Below, in pieces: positions 38,813-52,767 of a stretch of DNA of 64,000 bases. Below the pieces are notes generated by a model. It worked only from the letters and a program-made list of their open reading frames with translations. It was not told where the DNA came from and did not search any database. Made by a program: the position numbers and the translations under genes. Origin of the DNA: Felis catus (lineage: Eukaryota). Where the stretch lies: contig NC_058369.1 in the NCBI RefSeq assembly GCF_018350175.1, forward strand, positions 24,616,001-24,680,000. Direction: 5' to 3'. How positions within the stretch are numbered: the first letter of the stretch is position 1; every line of letters begins with the position of its first letter.

Positions 38813-39213
38813 GGAGTATTGCTTGGCAATCAAAAAGAATGAAATCTTGCCATTTCCAACGATGTGGATGGAACTGGATGGTATTATGCTAAATGAAATT
38901 AGTCAAAGACAAAAAATCATATGACTTCACTCATATGAGGACTTGAAGAGACAAAACAGATGAACACAAGGGAAGGGAAACAAAAATGATATAAAAACAG
39001 GGAGGAGGACAAAACAGAAGAGACTCATAAATATGGAGAACAAATTGAGGGTTGCTAGAGGGGTTGTGGGAGCAGGGATGGGCTAAATGGGTAAGGGGCA
39101 TTAAGGAATCTACTCCTGAAATCATTGTTTCACTATATGCTGACAAATTTGGATGTAAATTTTTAAAAATAAAAAATAAAATTAAAAAAATTAAAATTTA
39201 AACATTGTTTTTT
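38273..39213 (+). mobile_element. LINE-1 3' end (different 3'UTR subfamily) with internal (CA)n expansion
   Basis: ORF 38289-38924 is the L1 ORF2 C-terminus ([14 protein letters not shown]...[13 protein letters not shown]). TSD aaaaagagatggctcaa (38256-38272) / aaaaagaggtggctcaa (39214-39230). Confidence 0.93.
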
Positions 39214-40014
39214 AAAAAGAGGTGGCTCAACCATCAAGACTCATATATATCTAGCCAGATCCTAAATGCTATTACCAGAGAAAATGGCAATCCTGGCTTT
39301 TTCTCCTTTCACATAATACATCTTTCAGGCTGGTGTTTTGGGACTGCTTTTCCATTTTGGTTGACCTAAATATTCACTCCACACTACCCCACACCTGTAC
39401 AGAAATGGTACAAGAACAGTACACCGTGTTAAATTTCCTGGTCCCATACCCCCTAGAGAAAAATAGTAGAAGTTCCCTGTCATGGTTACTCAAGCACTTT
39501 AGTACACAATTTTACGTTAACTGGGCTACAGGGTTGTGATTATTCCCTCAGTGTTAGGACCCAAATGGCCTTAATGGGGTGTGTCATGGCTTCCTGCTCT
39601 TCTTCTTAGGATATGTGTAAAGTACTTTATTTTTCTTCAGCGTTTTAGACACTAAGACCACAGATTTTGGAAAGGGGCAAACCAAGGTTCAGATCTCCAC
39701 TCTAACACTGGCTAGCTGAATGACCTTAGGTTAGGGATGGGCATGTGACCCACATTGGTCCAAAAAGATTTATGCCATACTTTAGCTGGAACAATTGGAA
39801 AAGATAAGCTCTTTTTCAGCTAGAATTTTCTTGCTTTGATGTGGCGCTTCTTAGTACTACCATGTGGAAATGGCTTCCCCGGGAGAGAAACTAATGCAAA
39901 GGAAAGCAAACCAAACTTTAGATAGTTTGAAATCAAACCAAGTGACATCACTTGATACCCTGAATCTAGCAGTCACTGAAGGTACATCTGCCCCAGGCCA
40001 GTTTAGTTACACAT

Positions 40015-40695
40015 GCCAGGTAGAGTGACTGCATTAAAGGCCCCAATTCTTTACCCCTTCCTGAATCTATGTCCTTGGCATGCCCTCCCATCTGACTCTG
40101 AGTTCATTCATATGATTTGCTTTGGCCCATAATGTGATAGCAAATGCAAAGGAAGCAGAGGCCTGAAGTAGCACTTGTGTATTTACTCTTTTGCTCATTT
40201 TCCTCTGTAGTACTAATTAGAATATGCCCAGTGTAGGGGCGCCTGGGTGGCTCAGTCGGTGTTTGACTTTGGCTCAGGTCATTATCTCATGGGTTTGTGA
40301 GTTCAAGCCCCATGCCCTGTGCTGACAGCTCAGAGCCTGGGGCCTGCTTCAGATTCTGTCTCCCTCTCTCTGCCCCTCTCCTGCTTGAACTCTGTGTGTC
40401 TCTCTCTCTCCCTCTCAAAAGTAAATAAACATTTAAGAAAAAAAAAAAAAAGAATATGCCCAGTGTAGCCTGATGGAAGATGAGAAATATAAAATAGAGC
40501 CACAGTGTCCTAGCCAATAGCCAACCAAACCCAAGACATTTGAGCAAGCCCAGCCAAGATCAGCAGAGCTGCCTAGCCAACCACCAGCTGACCACAGATG
40601 CATGAGCAAGTCCAATGGGCTCCATACACTCATGGACTAAAAAAATACTTCTTAGCATGTCATGATGTTTCACAGTTGGATGTTCTGCAGGACTT
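40015..40695 (+). mobile_element. Older MLT1-like LTR relic
   Basis: tgatttgctttggccc...agccaagatcagcagagctgcctagcc...gcaacagacaatggataca. Confidence 0.6.
40236..40450 (+). mobile_element. CanSINE nested in MaLR LTR relic
   Basis: TSD agaatatgcccagtgtag on both sides. Confidence 0.9.
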
Positions 40696-40942
40696 CTGGA
40701 GCAACAGACAATGGATACATTCACTCATAAGTTTCTTTTTTCATTCCATTCTAGTTGGGGTATCTTATACCCTAAAGAGTCCTCATATATAGTATGAAAA
40801 ATATTTTCCATAAAAGTACGTCCTTTCCCTAAAAAGTCCCTAAAAATAATTAAACTCCTGTTTAAAAAGAATTAAAAATAAATATGTTTATGTTGCTCAG
40901 GACTTTATTTTGTTTTACTTGAAAAAATACACAAATCATTTT

Positions 40943-41163
40943 GGGGGTGCCTGGGTGGCTCAGTCAGTTAAGCGGTTGACTTCCACTCAGGTCATGATCT
41001 CACGGTTCACGGGTTCAAGGCCTGCACCCGGCTGTCTCCATGCTGACAGCTCAGAGCCTGGATCCTGCTTCAGCTTCTGTGTGTGTGTGTCTCTCTCTCT
41101 GTCTGCCTCTCCCCTCACTTGCACTCTCTCTCTCTCTCTCTCAAAAATAAATAAACATTAAAA
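40943..41163 (+). mobile_element. CanSINE
   Basis: Head, CT tract, A-tail; aaatcatttt flanks. Confidence 0.9.
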
Positions 41164-41455
41164 AAATCATTTTGTATCTAAGATTTTTTTCATGACAATG
41201 TGTTCTGTAGGAAAGGTACATCAACAGTTCCAACAATAGTAGTTACATATATGATGAGAGAGACAGACAGTAGAATAATGTGACCATAATATGAATAGTT
41301 AATGAGATGGAAAGATGTTCATGACAGAGTAGTCAGGGCAAGGGTGTTGGAGCAGACTACAAAACATGTTTATGGTTTAATCACATTGTAAAACACACAT
41401 ACATACACACTAACCTACAGAGAAGACTGGAACAACACACATCAAAATGTTAACA

Positions 41456-41628
41456 GGGGTGTCTGAATGGCTCAATCGGTTAAGCGTCTGACTCTTGATT
41501 TCAGCTTAGGTCTTAATCTTAGAGTTTGTGAGATCAAGCCTCAAGTGCTGTCAGCACAGAGCATGCATGGGATTCTCTCTCTCCCTTCCCCTCTGCCCAC
41601 CCCCTCTCAAAATAAATAAGCATTTAAA
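41456..41628 (+). mobile_element. CanSINE
   Basis: TSD aaaatgttaacag. Confidence 0.88.
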
Positions 41629-41711
41629 AAAATGTTAACAGTGGTAGAATTCTAAGTGGTTTTCATTTTCTTCCTTTTATTTGCATGTGTTAAATTTTCT
41701 ATAATAAACAT

Positions 41712-41890
41712 CTTTTCTACTGTCTTTTTAGTCTCTATTTCATTTATTTCTGCTCTGATCTTTGTTATTTTCTTCCTTCTACTAACTTAGGGCTTAGTTT
41801 ATTCTTTCTCTAGTTCCTTAAGGTATAAAGTTAGGTTGTTTATGTGAGATCTTCCTTTTTTTCTTAATGTAGGTGTTCATCACTGTGAAC
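41712..41890 (-). mobile_element. L1 ORF2 internal fragment
   Basis: tttctgctctgatctttgttattttcttccttctactaac...ttctttctctagttccttaaggtataaagttaggttg resembles antisense L1 ORF2. Confidence 0.7.
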
Positions 41891-43365
41891 TTAAGAAAAT
41901 ATTTTTTTTCCTTCTAAAAATTCCAACAGTTAAATGAACGTGTTATTTTTGCTATGCTTAGAATCTAGGAATCTAGGTCCTAGCTGAGCCACCACTTACA
42001 GAGTTGTCTTCCTAGAAGTGATAAAATCTAACTTGCTCTTTCCCTGTCTTCTCCTCTTGTATCCAGAGGCAGACATTTCTGAGGTCTCTAGCTTGGGTGG
42101 AGGTCCCAATCCAAATTCAATAAAATTTATACCCACACAGATTTCATCTGTGGTGATTTTATCAGCCCAGCTGGCCCAGGCTTTGGAGAACTGAATAAAG
42201 AACAAAAAGTAGATCTGATCATTTAGAAACGTACATACACATAACACACATATAACATATGATATACAGAGATATAGTAACCTGTTTGAAACAATGTTTA
42301 TTTAAAGAGCAATACATGTTGACAATGGTTCCAAGTTTCCTTGGGTTCTCTCTCTTTTTTTTTTTTTTTTTTTTTTTGGCTTAATATCAGGTTTATGTAG
42401 TGTCATGGTATGGGTTGAGAAGCTTTCCATTTTTCACATTTTCTGGAACAGTTAGCATAACAGACTGCTCTGTCCCTGAAATGTTTGGCAGAACACACCC
42501 ATAAAACTGAATTGGCTTGGTTGTTGATTACCTTTTTATTGTTTACTAGGTTTAGTGATCTATTCAGGTATGTTACCTATTTTGTACCAATGATCATTAA
42601 AATGTTTCTTAAGAAACAGTCCATTCCATACAGATTTTTCAGCCTTAGTGATATTGCTTTGTGTAACTTTTCCTTAAATATTTTTAAATCTCCTCCAGTT
42701 ATGTCCTCATCTCATTCCTAATGTCGTTTATTTTTTTCTGTTTCTCTTGATGACCATATGACAAATGTAGGTCTACTTTTTTAGTGTTTTAAAGATACAG
42801 TTTTGTTTTGTCGATATATTCTACTACATACTCTCTTCCATTTTATCAGTATCTCTTTATCCTTGATAATAATTTCTACTTTCTTTGTGTTTACTTTGCC
42901 TTTTTGCATCAAATGTTCATTTATCTTCAATAATATTTTCTGATGAATGCATGTAAGATTACGCATTGGCTGCATATTCCAGGATTTTATGTATAGAACC
43001 CTTGTCATTTGTAAATAGCTTGTTATTTTTCTTTTTATTTTTTTCCCCAGGGATTATTCAGAAAGATATACTTAAATGTCAAAGTGGTTAGAAGTTCTTG
43101 GCTAATTGGTTCTAATTTTGGTTAGCCATTCTATTTTGGCATTGGGATCATAGAATAGAACATATATGTTTCTAATATTTGAAATTTGTCAAAGACTTTC
43201 TAACTGGCCAATAAATGATCAGTTTTCTTAATTGAAATAAAGCAACTAATAGATGATTGTAGAAAAACTTTAAAATAAAGATATGCATACAGAAGAAAAT
43301 GAAAACACTCCCAATCCTGGCACTGATAGGCCCTATCTGTTGATGTTGTTGGTTCCAATTCTTTT

Positions 43366-43367
<2 letters not shown>

Positions 43368-43411
<44 letters not shown>
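43368..43411. repeat. (GT)n microsatellite
   Basis: Directly visible. Confidence 0.95.
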
Positions 43412-43414
<3 letters not shown>

Positions 43415-43554
43415 TTTAGACAAAAGTAATTATTATAGTATGTATAAATTCTTGTATTCTCCTTTTTGTCAATGTTTATCTCAATGTCATCTCCTTCTTT
43501 CCACTTAACATTAATACCCAAATATCTTAATAAAACATGATTTTTAACGTGCAC

Positions 43555-44105
43555 CATATGTCTCCAAGAGGGCCACCAATTCCTCCGCTTCCTGTATACC
43601 TTTGTCTTACCTTCCACAAAGAAGTGGATTCTATTTTCCTTCTATCTTGATCTAGACTGGCCTTGTGACCTTGTGACTGCTTGGCTAGTAGATGCTTCAG
43701 AAGTGACACTATTCCAGCTCTGAGCCTAGCTCTAAAGAGGCCTACTAGCCTCTGCTTTTGCTCCCTTAAAAAACAGAGATCTAAGGTCTGAGCTACCTTA
43801 CTGGAAAGAGAAGTAACACAGAAAGACCCAGAAGATTAGACACCACATGAAGAGAGGCTACAAGAAGGAGAACCAAAGTATCCCTGCTAACAGCCAGCAT
43901 TAAGACACCTTAGAGACAAGGCATCTTAGACCTTCCAGCCCAGCTGCCATCAGAAATTAAGTACATGAGTGACAACTAACACTATGTGTAACAGAAGGAC
44001 CACTCAATCAACCCAAAGAGTGATAGGAAATAATGAATTATTGTTTAAAGCCTCCAAAGCTTGGGGCAGGGGGGTGGTTGTTATGCAGCAAAAGAATTGA
44101 AACAG
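43555..44105 (+). mobile_element. Older MLT1-like LTR relic
   Basis: ctggccttgtgac...tgcttggc, ending ggttgttatgcagcaaaagaattgaaaca. Confidence 0.6.
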
Positions 44106-44203
44106 TGACTTAATGTTCATTGAATGGTTATCTAATCAACTATTCAACCAATCACCTATATGGGGACACTTAGGTAATTTCTTTTTAAAATGGAAATACC
44201 ATA

Positions 44204-44400
44204 GGGGCACCTGGGTGGCTCAGTTGGTTAAGCATCCAACTCTTGATTTTGGCTCAGGTCATGATCTCATGGTTGTGAGGTAAGCCATACTGGGCATGGA
44301 GCCTACTTAAGATTCTCTCTCTCCCTCTCCCTGTCCCTCTGCCCCTCTGCAACTCATCCTCTCACTTTCTCTCTCAAAAAACAAAAACCAAAAAAAATTA
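44204..44400 (+). mobile_element. CanSINE
   Basis: ggggcacctgggtggctcag head; tggaaata(c/t)cata flanks. Confidence 0.88.
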
Positions 44401-47400
44401 AAACTGGAAATATCATAATTAATATTCTGATTGAGAAAACATTGTATACATCTCTTGCCATTTCCCTAGGATAAAGTTCTGGAAGTAGAATTATAAGATT
44501 TGATACCCAGTATCAAAATTCCACCCAGAAATGTTGAAGTAATTTACACTCCCACCCTTACCTTTGGCTGCGTCACCTCCACAGCCTCTACTCTTTACTC
44601 TCAATATATCCTGGAAGCCACCATCTTCTCTCAAGGCTACCAAAAATCCTTGAATTATCCAACTCAGGATCATAGTTCTACATATTCGGTAAATACATGT
44701 TAAGAAGTATTTAAGTACCAATAGTGTGCTACACCAGTCCTGCTTTATGCCACTGCTTTCTTGACAGTTTGGCAAATGTTCAGGTAAACAAGGCTAACGG
44801 GGGTTTTGATTTTATACCAAGATGTATCAGAGACTTTAGAACACTAATGTTTATTGTGACTCTTCCAATAGTGAGTATATAATGTAGCTTTTCCCAAGTT
44901 TATTTGACAAGAAAACCTCTTTTCCCTTCAGAAGTCCTGGAAATGTTTCACTGAACATTTTGATTTATTCATATAACAAATAATTTTTAAGCATCAGCTT
45001 AATTCCCAGTGTTTAATACTGAGACACAGCTTCTGTCTATGGAAATTTTATCCTCTAGAATAGACTTTTTTAGAATTTTCTTCATCTCAGATCTAACCTG
45101 GTTTGAGGAGCAGACAGCTATAGGCAGTAGGCACTGCTTTAAGGGCAAGGACATGAAAGTGACCCAAAAGAATCAGAACTGACCTCTCAAAGGGAAATAC
45201 AGAAGATCAAAATAATAACTGGTTGGAGTTATGACCCTACTAGAGCAAGAAATAAATACAATTCTGTATTTATTTTTCAAACACTCAATAGAAAAGCCAA
45301 AACGTCAAAAGGAATACAGGTCCATCATCATCAGTCTGTGTGTCTATTAAGTGAGGAAACAGGTGGATGTTGCCTACTCCAAGATCACACCAGAAAAGAG
45401 GCATTATATACAATTCCACAGAACTTACTAAATCAAATAGGAACTTCAGAGTCCATCAAAACGGTAACAGAATAATTTCTTCATCAGCATACATCTGCTT
45501 CTTAACAATAGATTATAGTCACCTAGGCCCAACACTGTATTTGGGAATTAGTCTCTTTCCCCAGATTTACAAAGAGCAGGATGGTTTCCTGGAACAATTT
45601 TACCCTTATAGCTAGCTAGCACATAGCATGATGTTCATATCACAGATGAGGTAGGCCCAATTGACAAGGTAAGCCAAGGCAAGTCTCATGGCTGTCATGT
45701 CCTCCTAAGCCTCGTGATTCCTACTTATTCTACTGAGTCACTCACAACCCCCTCCCCCACCCCCAGCTGTGTTTAAATCACCTGAAATATGTTTAGGTAC
45801 TTGTTTTGACACTTGGGCTTTTTTGGGTTGTATTTTCCTAATTACGTCTATCCTAATTTTTTTTTTTTGGTTTTTTAAAATGAATCCCTGAGAAAGAGCA
45901 AAGAGATCAACTTTATTCAGCAATCAATAATGCTCTATTTTCCATGACTGACTGCACGAAAACCATCTCTAAGCTTTTCCACCCACCTATAAATGCATTA
46001 TAAGAAATAAGGCCAAAGTTAAGCTCTTACTGTTTTAAATACTATTATGAAGCCAAGATAGGCTAAATCATTGAGCTTTCTTGTAAACTCCTAAAAACAC
46101 CTGCTTTCTTATATAGTTGTGATATACCATCCTAAGAAGGATAAATTATTAATTAGATTAAACTGAGCATAGAAACAGACAAATGTTGCTGACTATAACA
46201 CCAAAGAAATTAATTGCGTGACACTTTTCACTTCAAAAGAACTTCATGAATAAAATTCCAAGTTCAAGGGTAAGCTCCATTTAAGGTTCACATACAAAAT
46301 CAAATCAAAGATGCTGTTAAAAACCTATAAGAATACTTTCTCTAATTGCATATGGATTCATAAATAAAGTATACACTCATCCACTCATTCTTTAAAAGGT
46401 TTATGGACTCTTGAACTGTAAGCTCAGGGCAGGGAAAGGTAGAGAGTCTTGATTTCTGTCTACCTCAAGTGTCTCAGACTGGAATGGTCTATTTTAAGAC
46501 GAAAGCACTTCCTGCTATCTGCTCTAAATTAGGTTAAGTTTATTTCCACAAATCTCAGCCTCAGCCCATCACCTGAGCCCTGCTGACAGACCGTGTGAGC
46601 TGAGATCATCAGTATCTCCCAAGATTTAGCCCAAATTAAAATATCCTTTTTTTTTCTTCTCAGCATCCCAAACTTTTAAAAAATTTTGTGTCATAGGACT
46701 ACAGTTAATTCTGAAATCCTTCTAGAAGAAGACAGAATGTAGAACAAATCTCAAGCAAGAAGCAGCTGCCCAGGAGCCAGATGCTGCCCGCAAGTGTGTT
46801 ATATATGGCTAGCACAGTGTTCTTTAGAATTGTGGTCTAGTTACAAACATAGAGATATAGACATTTCACACTAAAATACAGATTTCAGCTTCTCCTAAAA
46901 CTCTGAAAATCTGACAATGTCAAAATCATTTCCCTATGTGACAACAACTGGCTAGAGCCAACCAGCAGCCACCCCTTCAAGAGAGAGCATGCCCCCTTTA
47001 GTATGCCACAGTCCCCTCCATTCCCTATTACTTTACATTCAGTCTGATTCCCTCTTTTCATGCTTGTCCCTACAGGCATTTAAATTTTACCACTCTTACT
47101 CATATATCTTTAAAAAGAATTCATTCTCCTTCACCATCCAGTTAAAGTCCATTATCAAATCCTACCAATTCTGCCTCCAAAATCAATCACGATCTGCTCC
47201 TTTATTTCCACTTCTACCATCACCACCCTATTGCACTGACATGACTTGCTTCAGCTCTCTCATACCATCCCAAAGCATCTCTCCTTTTCAAATCCTCCCC
47301 CTTCTGCCTTACAAATTGTACTCCAAAGTATACTTCTGATCACAAAAGATCTTCCCCGACCCACTTAAAACCTTTCAAAGCATCCCAGTGCTCTTTGCAC

Positions 47401-48925
47401 AAAGACCGAAATCCTTTCCGTGGCCTGAGGCCCTATACAATTTGGCTGCTGCCAACAGTTCCAGCCTCCTCTCTTGCCATTCTCTTCACTGACCCTGCCT
47501 GAGTCTTCCTTTCTGATGCTCAGTAGTATCAAGTCCCTTCCTGACTCAGAGCTTCAACTGTGCTATTCTATCTGCAGGGCTCATTCCCAGTCATTACTTA
47601 GATCACAACATCTAATAGCATACCCTCTACATGGTCCATCCCATCCAAGTCAGATCTCTTGGCTGTGTTCTCTTAAAGCATAATGTTCTTTTCTCTTGGT
47701 ATGAAACACCCAAATCAAGACTGCATCTCCTCAGACCCTTGGTTTGCAAAATGGGACAGCATAAAGGAGAGTAATCACTATGCACAAAGGATTCTGGAGC
47801 CTTCAGGGCAGAAAGTCATGGGCACTCCAGTCACAAAGCCCAGGATTCAGAGTAAGTGAGCTCTGTGGGAGGAGACAAACATGGTTACAAACAATACTAC
47901 AGCTGCCAAAAACAAAATAATTACTTCAAGATAAGAGGGTATCCAGGCTAGTGATTGGGACTCAAAACAAGTACCCAAAAGCCATGGAGAAACCTGTATG
48001 GACAAAGCATGTGAGTGAGGTGGGAGACCATTCCATGCTGTTTGGAGCCTCTGCAGTGGGGCACAAATGCTATGCACAAGGATATGACTCATAAGGAAGC
48101 CCATGGGTTCCAGGAAGGGTTACGCACAATCAGACACTGAGACAACGGTTTGGGTACAGGTGGTTCATTTAGAAGGCAATCCCAGGAAGCACTCAGGAGG
48201 GAATTTAGCGCAAAGACATGGAAGTGAAGGAAGTCAATATAGAGTACATTTTCAAGGAGAGTTCTGCTAGGAAACTGGGTTCAGTCCTGCTGAAGGAGCT
48301 CTGAAACACAGTGAAGAACCTGCCTCAAAATTATACCTCCATAAGGGTAAGGTACCCATTCATGATTTGCAGACATTTGCTCCCCTGGTACATCCAGCCT
48401 GCACTACATGGAGGCCACGAGAAAACCCTCATGTTCCAAATATAGGCCATGAGTGCTGAGATGTGGCTGAAACACCAGTGGCATATGCTGCACCATGCAT
48501 GACACACCAGTGGCTGAACCGGCCACTGGGAAACTGGATTGGACTTCCCTTACAGGACCATATAGTGGGGACCATAGCATCTTTCTGAGGAAGACCGGTC
48601 TCAATAGCAACACCTTGTGGCACAAAGATGCAATCATATGGCAGAGTAGTTGGATAGAAGCCATCTCTGGGCTTGGGGGTGGGATTTATATCCATAACCC
48701 CCTTATTTGGGGGCAGTGTAATTCTGGGGTCAGGGGTCAGGGAAGGAGACAGGGAGAGTGGAGAGAGGTGGGGGAGCCCTGGAGAAAAGACCTGGAACTT
48801 CCAGCTAAGCTGGCAGGTGGGTTCCAGCATTTTTGGTTTAATTTGGACAAATGAAACTTGGAGCAAGGTTTTTGAACAATCCACATATAACCCAAAGGCC
48901 TTCCTCACTTTATAATTCCATATTA

Positions 48926-49144
48926 GGGGCACCTGGGTGGCTCCATTGGTTAAGCATCTGACTTAGGTCATGATCTTGCATTTCATGAGTTCGAGACCCG
49001 CATAGGGCTTTGTGCTGACAGCTCAGAGCCTGGAGCCCATTTCAGATTCTGTGTCTCCCTCTCTCTCTACCCCTCCCCTGCTCACACTCTTGTCTCTCTT
49101 TCTCTCTCAAAAATAAACATTAAAAAAACTTTATTAAAAAAATA
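48926..49144 (+). mobile_element. CanSINE
   Basis: TSD ataattccatatta. Confidence 0.9.
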
Positions 49145-49382
49145 ATAATTCCATATTAATTTGTGTGATTACTTATTGGATCATCTCTTGTCTCCTACTT
49201 TAAACCCTTATACTGTACCCCAAGGTTTAACATTTGTCCTATCTGGGGCCCAGAGCAGGACTACAAATAGAGGCCAAACACCATATATACATACATTTTA
49301 CAGTTATAAATCAAGCTAACAAACCGGTAAATAAAATGTATTCTATCTTCCTATCTTGACAAATATAAAAATGTGAAAGGTA

Positions 49383-49593
49383 GGCAGCCTGGATGGCTCA
49401 GTCGGTTAAGCATCCAACTTCGACTCAGGTCATGATCTCACTGTGAGTTTGAGCCCTGCATTGCGCTCTGCACTGACAGCTCCAAGCCTGCTTCAGATTC
49501 CCTGCTGTCTCCCTCTCCCTCTCTGCCCCTTCCCTGCACGTATGCATGCACTTTCTCTCATTCTCTCTCTCTCAAAAATAAACATAAAAAAAA
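49383..49593 (+). mobile_element. CanSINE
   Basis: gcctggatggctcagtcggttaagc head, CT tract, A-tail. Confidence 0.88.
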
Positions 49594-49790
49594 AAAATGT
49601 GGAAAGTAAAGTTTGAATGTTAAACTAAGAATTCTTGGATTCTTCAAAGTTCTGGCCAAAACATAGTACCAAGAGGCCGTCCTGCCCCCAGTCAACATCC
49701 CTCTCTCCCCATCCCTAGCTCAGTCACAGCCCAGGGGGTCTCACACACTTGAACTCTGCAGCCTGAACACTAGGCTAGCTCTGTCTAGAA

Positions 49791-50022
49791 CAGGGGCTGG
49801 CAAACGTTTTCTATAAAAAACCAGACAGTAAATATTTTAGATTTTGTGGGCCATTCGGTCTTTGTCACAACTACTCAACTCTGCATTTCAGCACAAAGCA
49901 GCCGTAGACACTCTGTAACCAGATGAGCATGGCTGTGTTCCAATAAAACTTTATTTATAGAAACAAGCATCAGCTGGATGCAGCCCACATTAGCCGGATG
50001 CAGTGGTCTGCTGACACCTGGT
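49791..50022 (+). mobile_element. MER58A-like hAT relic
   Basis: caggggctggcaaac...ggctgtgttccaataaaactttattt...ctgacacctg. Confidence 0.8.
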
Positions 50023-50606
50023 CTATACTTTTACAAATAGGTGCCCCTCAGCAACTTCAGACCTAAGGGTATATACACTAGGAGCATGATTTTTCCTTAG
50101 AAAGGCAGACCTGGCAAAAAAAGCCCAAAAAGACCCTGAAAGTCCACTCAGGGTCATTTAGGAAGGGAGGTCCCAGGCCCGTAGCTACCCAGAGTGGACC
50201 CTGGAATGCCAGCACAGGCTCCAGTTGGGACCTCCACTCGGCCCTGCAGACTCCTCCCCCACGGGGAAGATGCAGTCAGACGAGGGCCAGAGCCTGCCTT
50301 CTAGCACCTGAGGTGCAGGGGCTCTTCCTGATCAGACCCAAGGGCACACAGAAGATACGCAAAACAGTTTTGAACATTTGAAAGAATATATTTAAGATTA
50401 TGATATTTTCATATCATTGAAATCACTTCCATGACAGTTAATGCAACAATTTTGTAATTGTAACCAGGAAGGTGAGACAATGTTTTTTACAAAGGAAAGA
50501 AAGGATCTGGCTGGAGACACATCTTTAATTTCTTGGTGTGTAGCCTGAAGCAAATTACTTGACTTCTCCGATCCTCAGTCTTCTCAGCTGTAAAAGACTT
50601 TTCATA

Positions 50607-50829
50607 GGGGCGCCTGGGTGGCGCAGTCGGTTAAGCGTCCGACTTCAGCCAGGTCACGATCTCGCGGTCCGGGAGTTCGAGCCCCGCGTCGGGCTCTGGG
50701 CTGATGGCTCGGAGCCTGGAGCCTGTTTCCGATTCTGTGTCTCCCTCTCTCTCTGCCCCTCCCCAATTCATGCTCTGTCTCTCTCTGTCGCAAAAATAAA
50801 TAAACGTTGAAAAAAAAATTAAAAAAAAA
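50607..50829 (+). mobile_element. Young SINEC_Fc-like SINE inserted in MIR-like relic
   Basis: CpG-intact; TSD aaaagacttttcatag (50592-50607 / 50830-50845). Confidence 0.94.
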
Positions 50830-51605
50830 AAAAGACTTTTCATAGTGTTTTGGGAAAGCTTAAATAAGATAAGAAAAGAAAAGTAATTAGCACAACACCC
50901 AGCACACTGCTAATGGTCAAAGAAAGCTAACTGGGGTAAGCTCCAGGCTACCAGAAAAAGACACACCGGTTTAGAAATTCCAAGTTGTCTTAAGTCCTCC
51001 CGGTCCACGGAGCTTGCCTTGTCAGACACTCCTGAGTCAAACTCAGCCTGCTATTGAAAACTGTTCAAGACAGCAACCATTTTTTAAAACTGGAAAGAAA
51101 AAATGGCCATTTTCCCATCCTCCTCAGGCTACAATATTACACATCTGTAGGTATTGAAAGTCCCAATAATAAACCATTTCATTTTTAAATTCCACAATGA
51201 CATGAATTGGGGAAAAAAAGTCGAGCTTGATATAGCAGAGATTTTAAAAGATGCTTTCCCATCATTCTCCAAGAAGCACTCTGCAACTCAAACACATTCA
51301 TCCACACATCACTACTCTCTCTTTTAGTTTCCTCAAACTCGCTTTATAATGACTGTTTTCCATGTACAGATTTAGCACGATTACATGTTCAGCTGCCTTG
51401 GCTCTATTTTATGGTAAGGTGCTTAAGTGAAGAGGCTGACTATATTCCATACAACAAGGTAAGGACTCTGTATATCCACGTATTAGCTAACTGCACTCTC
51501 CAGTAACCATTTCCGCAGTTTTAATGTCAAACTCATCAATTTATTCTAAAGATTAAGTTTAAAACCTGAAACACCCAAAAACTTTTGTTAAAGGAAGAGA
51601 CCACT

Positions 51606-51833
51606 GGGGCGCCTGGATGGCTCAGTTGGTTAAGCGTCTGACTTTGGCTCAGGTCATGATCTCACAGTTTGTGAGTTCGAGCCCCGCACTGGGCTCTGTG
51701 CTGACAGCTTAGAGCCTGGAACCTGCTTTGAATTCTGTGTCTCCCTCTCTCTCTCTCTCTCTGCTCCTCCCCCACTCATGCTCTCTCTCTCTTCTTCAAA
51801 AATAAATTAAAAAAAAATTTTTAAATTAAAAAA
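51606..51833 (+). mobile_element. CanSINE
   Basis: TSD aaaggaa(g/t)agaccact. Confidence 0.9.
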
Positions 51834-52642
51834 AAAGGAATAGACCACTAACTAGTACACAAGTTAGACACACAAGTTAAAAATACAGCAAAATCTCAAA
51901 CAATAAACAGTAAATACAGAAATCTGAGATGCTAAGTCAAAAATAAAAAGATAATTATGATTAATATAATAAACTGACTATAACAACATCATTCACTGCC
52001 TCAGAAAGTTTCATAAATGTAACAAATTAAGCTGGTTGCACTGAAGAGATAAAAGGTTTTTAGATTTATTTTTAAAACATCTGTGCATTTTCTTTAATCT
52101 TCAAATGTAAAATGTCAATTGCCAAAGCTTTGGCTATAGTGTACTTACAAAAAAGAATATTTGGGAATTATTGGGTCTTACACTAAAAATTCCTCAGTCT
52201 GTCAACTAACAGATGTTTCAGAGAAAGTGGTAAAAAGGTAAAAGAATAAGAACTCTACCCCTATGCCCTTAAAAATTCAATCACACAAAATTTTTCTACA
52301 TTTAAAATCAACATGAAGGATTATGTCTAATAGGCTTTTGCTAGAAAAGAATATACACATAATCATGTACACAAGGAAAAATTTTAGCAAATTTTCAAGC
52401 TATTCCAAAAAAGAAGGGGAAAAAAGGACCACCATCAATAGCAAGAGATGGGAAACGGCTTAAATATGCACATTTGAGAGACAAGCATTTATCTATGTAT
52501 TCTGCAAAGAAAAGAAAGAATAAATGCTACATCTTAACTCCAGGGTCTCTCAAAAATATGACTGATGACCATGGAGGAGTCACATGAGCCTTTAGCAAGA
52601 GCCAAATTTAAGGTGCTGAATGGTACTCAGAAACCCCTCTAA

Positions 52643-52767
52643 GGGTGCCTGGCTGGCTCAGCAGGTGGAGCACGTGACTCTTAATCTTGGGGTTTTGAGT
52701 TCAAGTTCCACCTTAGGTATAGAGATTAAAAAGAAAATCTTTAAAAAAAAGAAAAAGAAAAAGAAAA
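52643..52767 (+). mobile_element. Short CanSINE lacking the CT tract
   Basis: TSD agaaacccctctaa. Confidence 0.85.

Noticed and set aside
48404..48932. ORF cluster up to 167 aa
   Set aside because: Lies in probable old LTR sequence and starts in a SINE edge; no recognisable protein.
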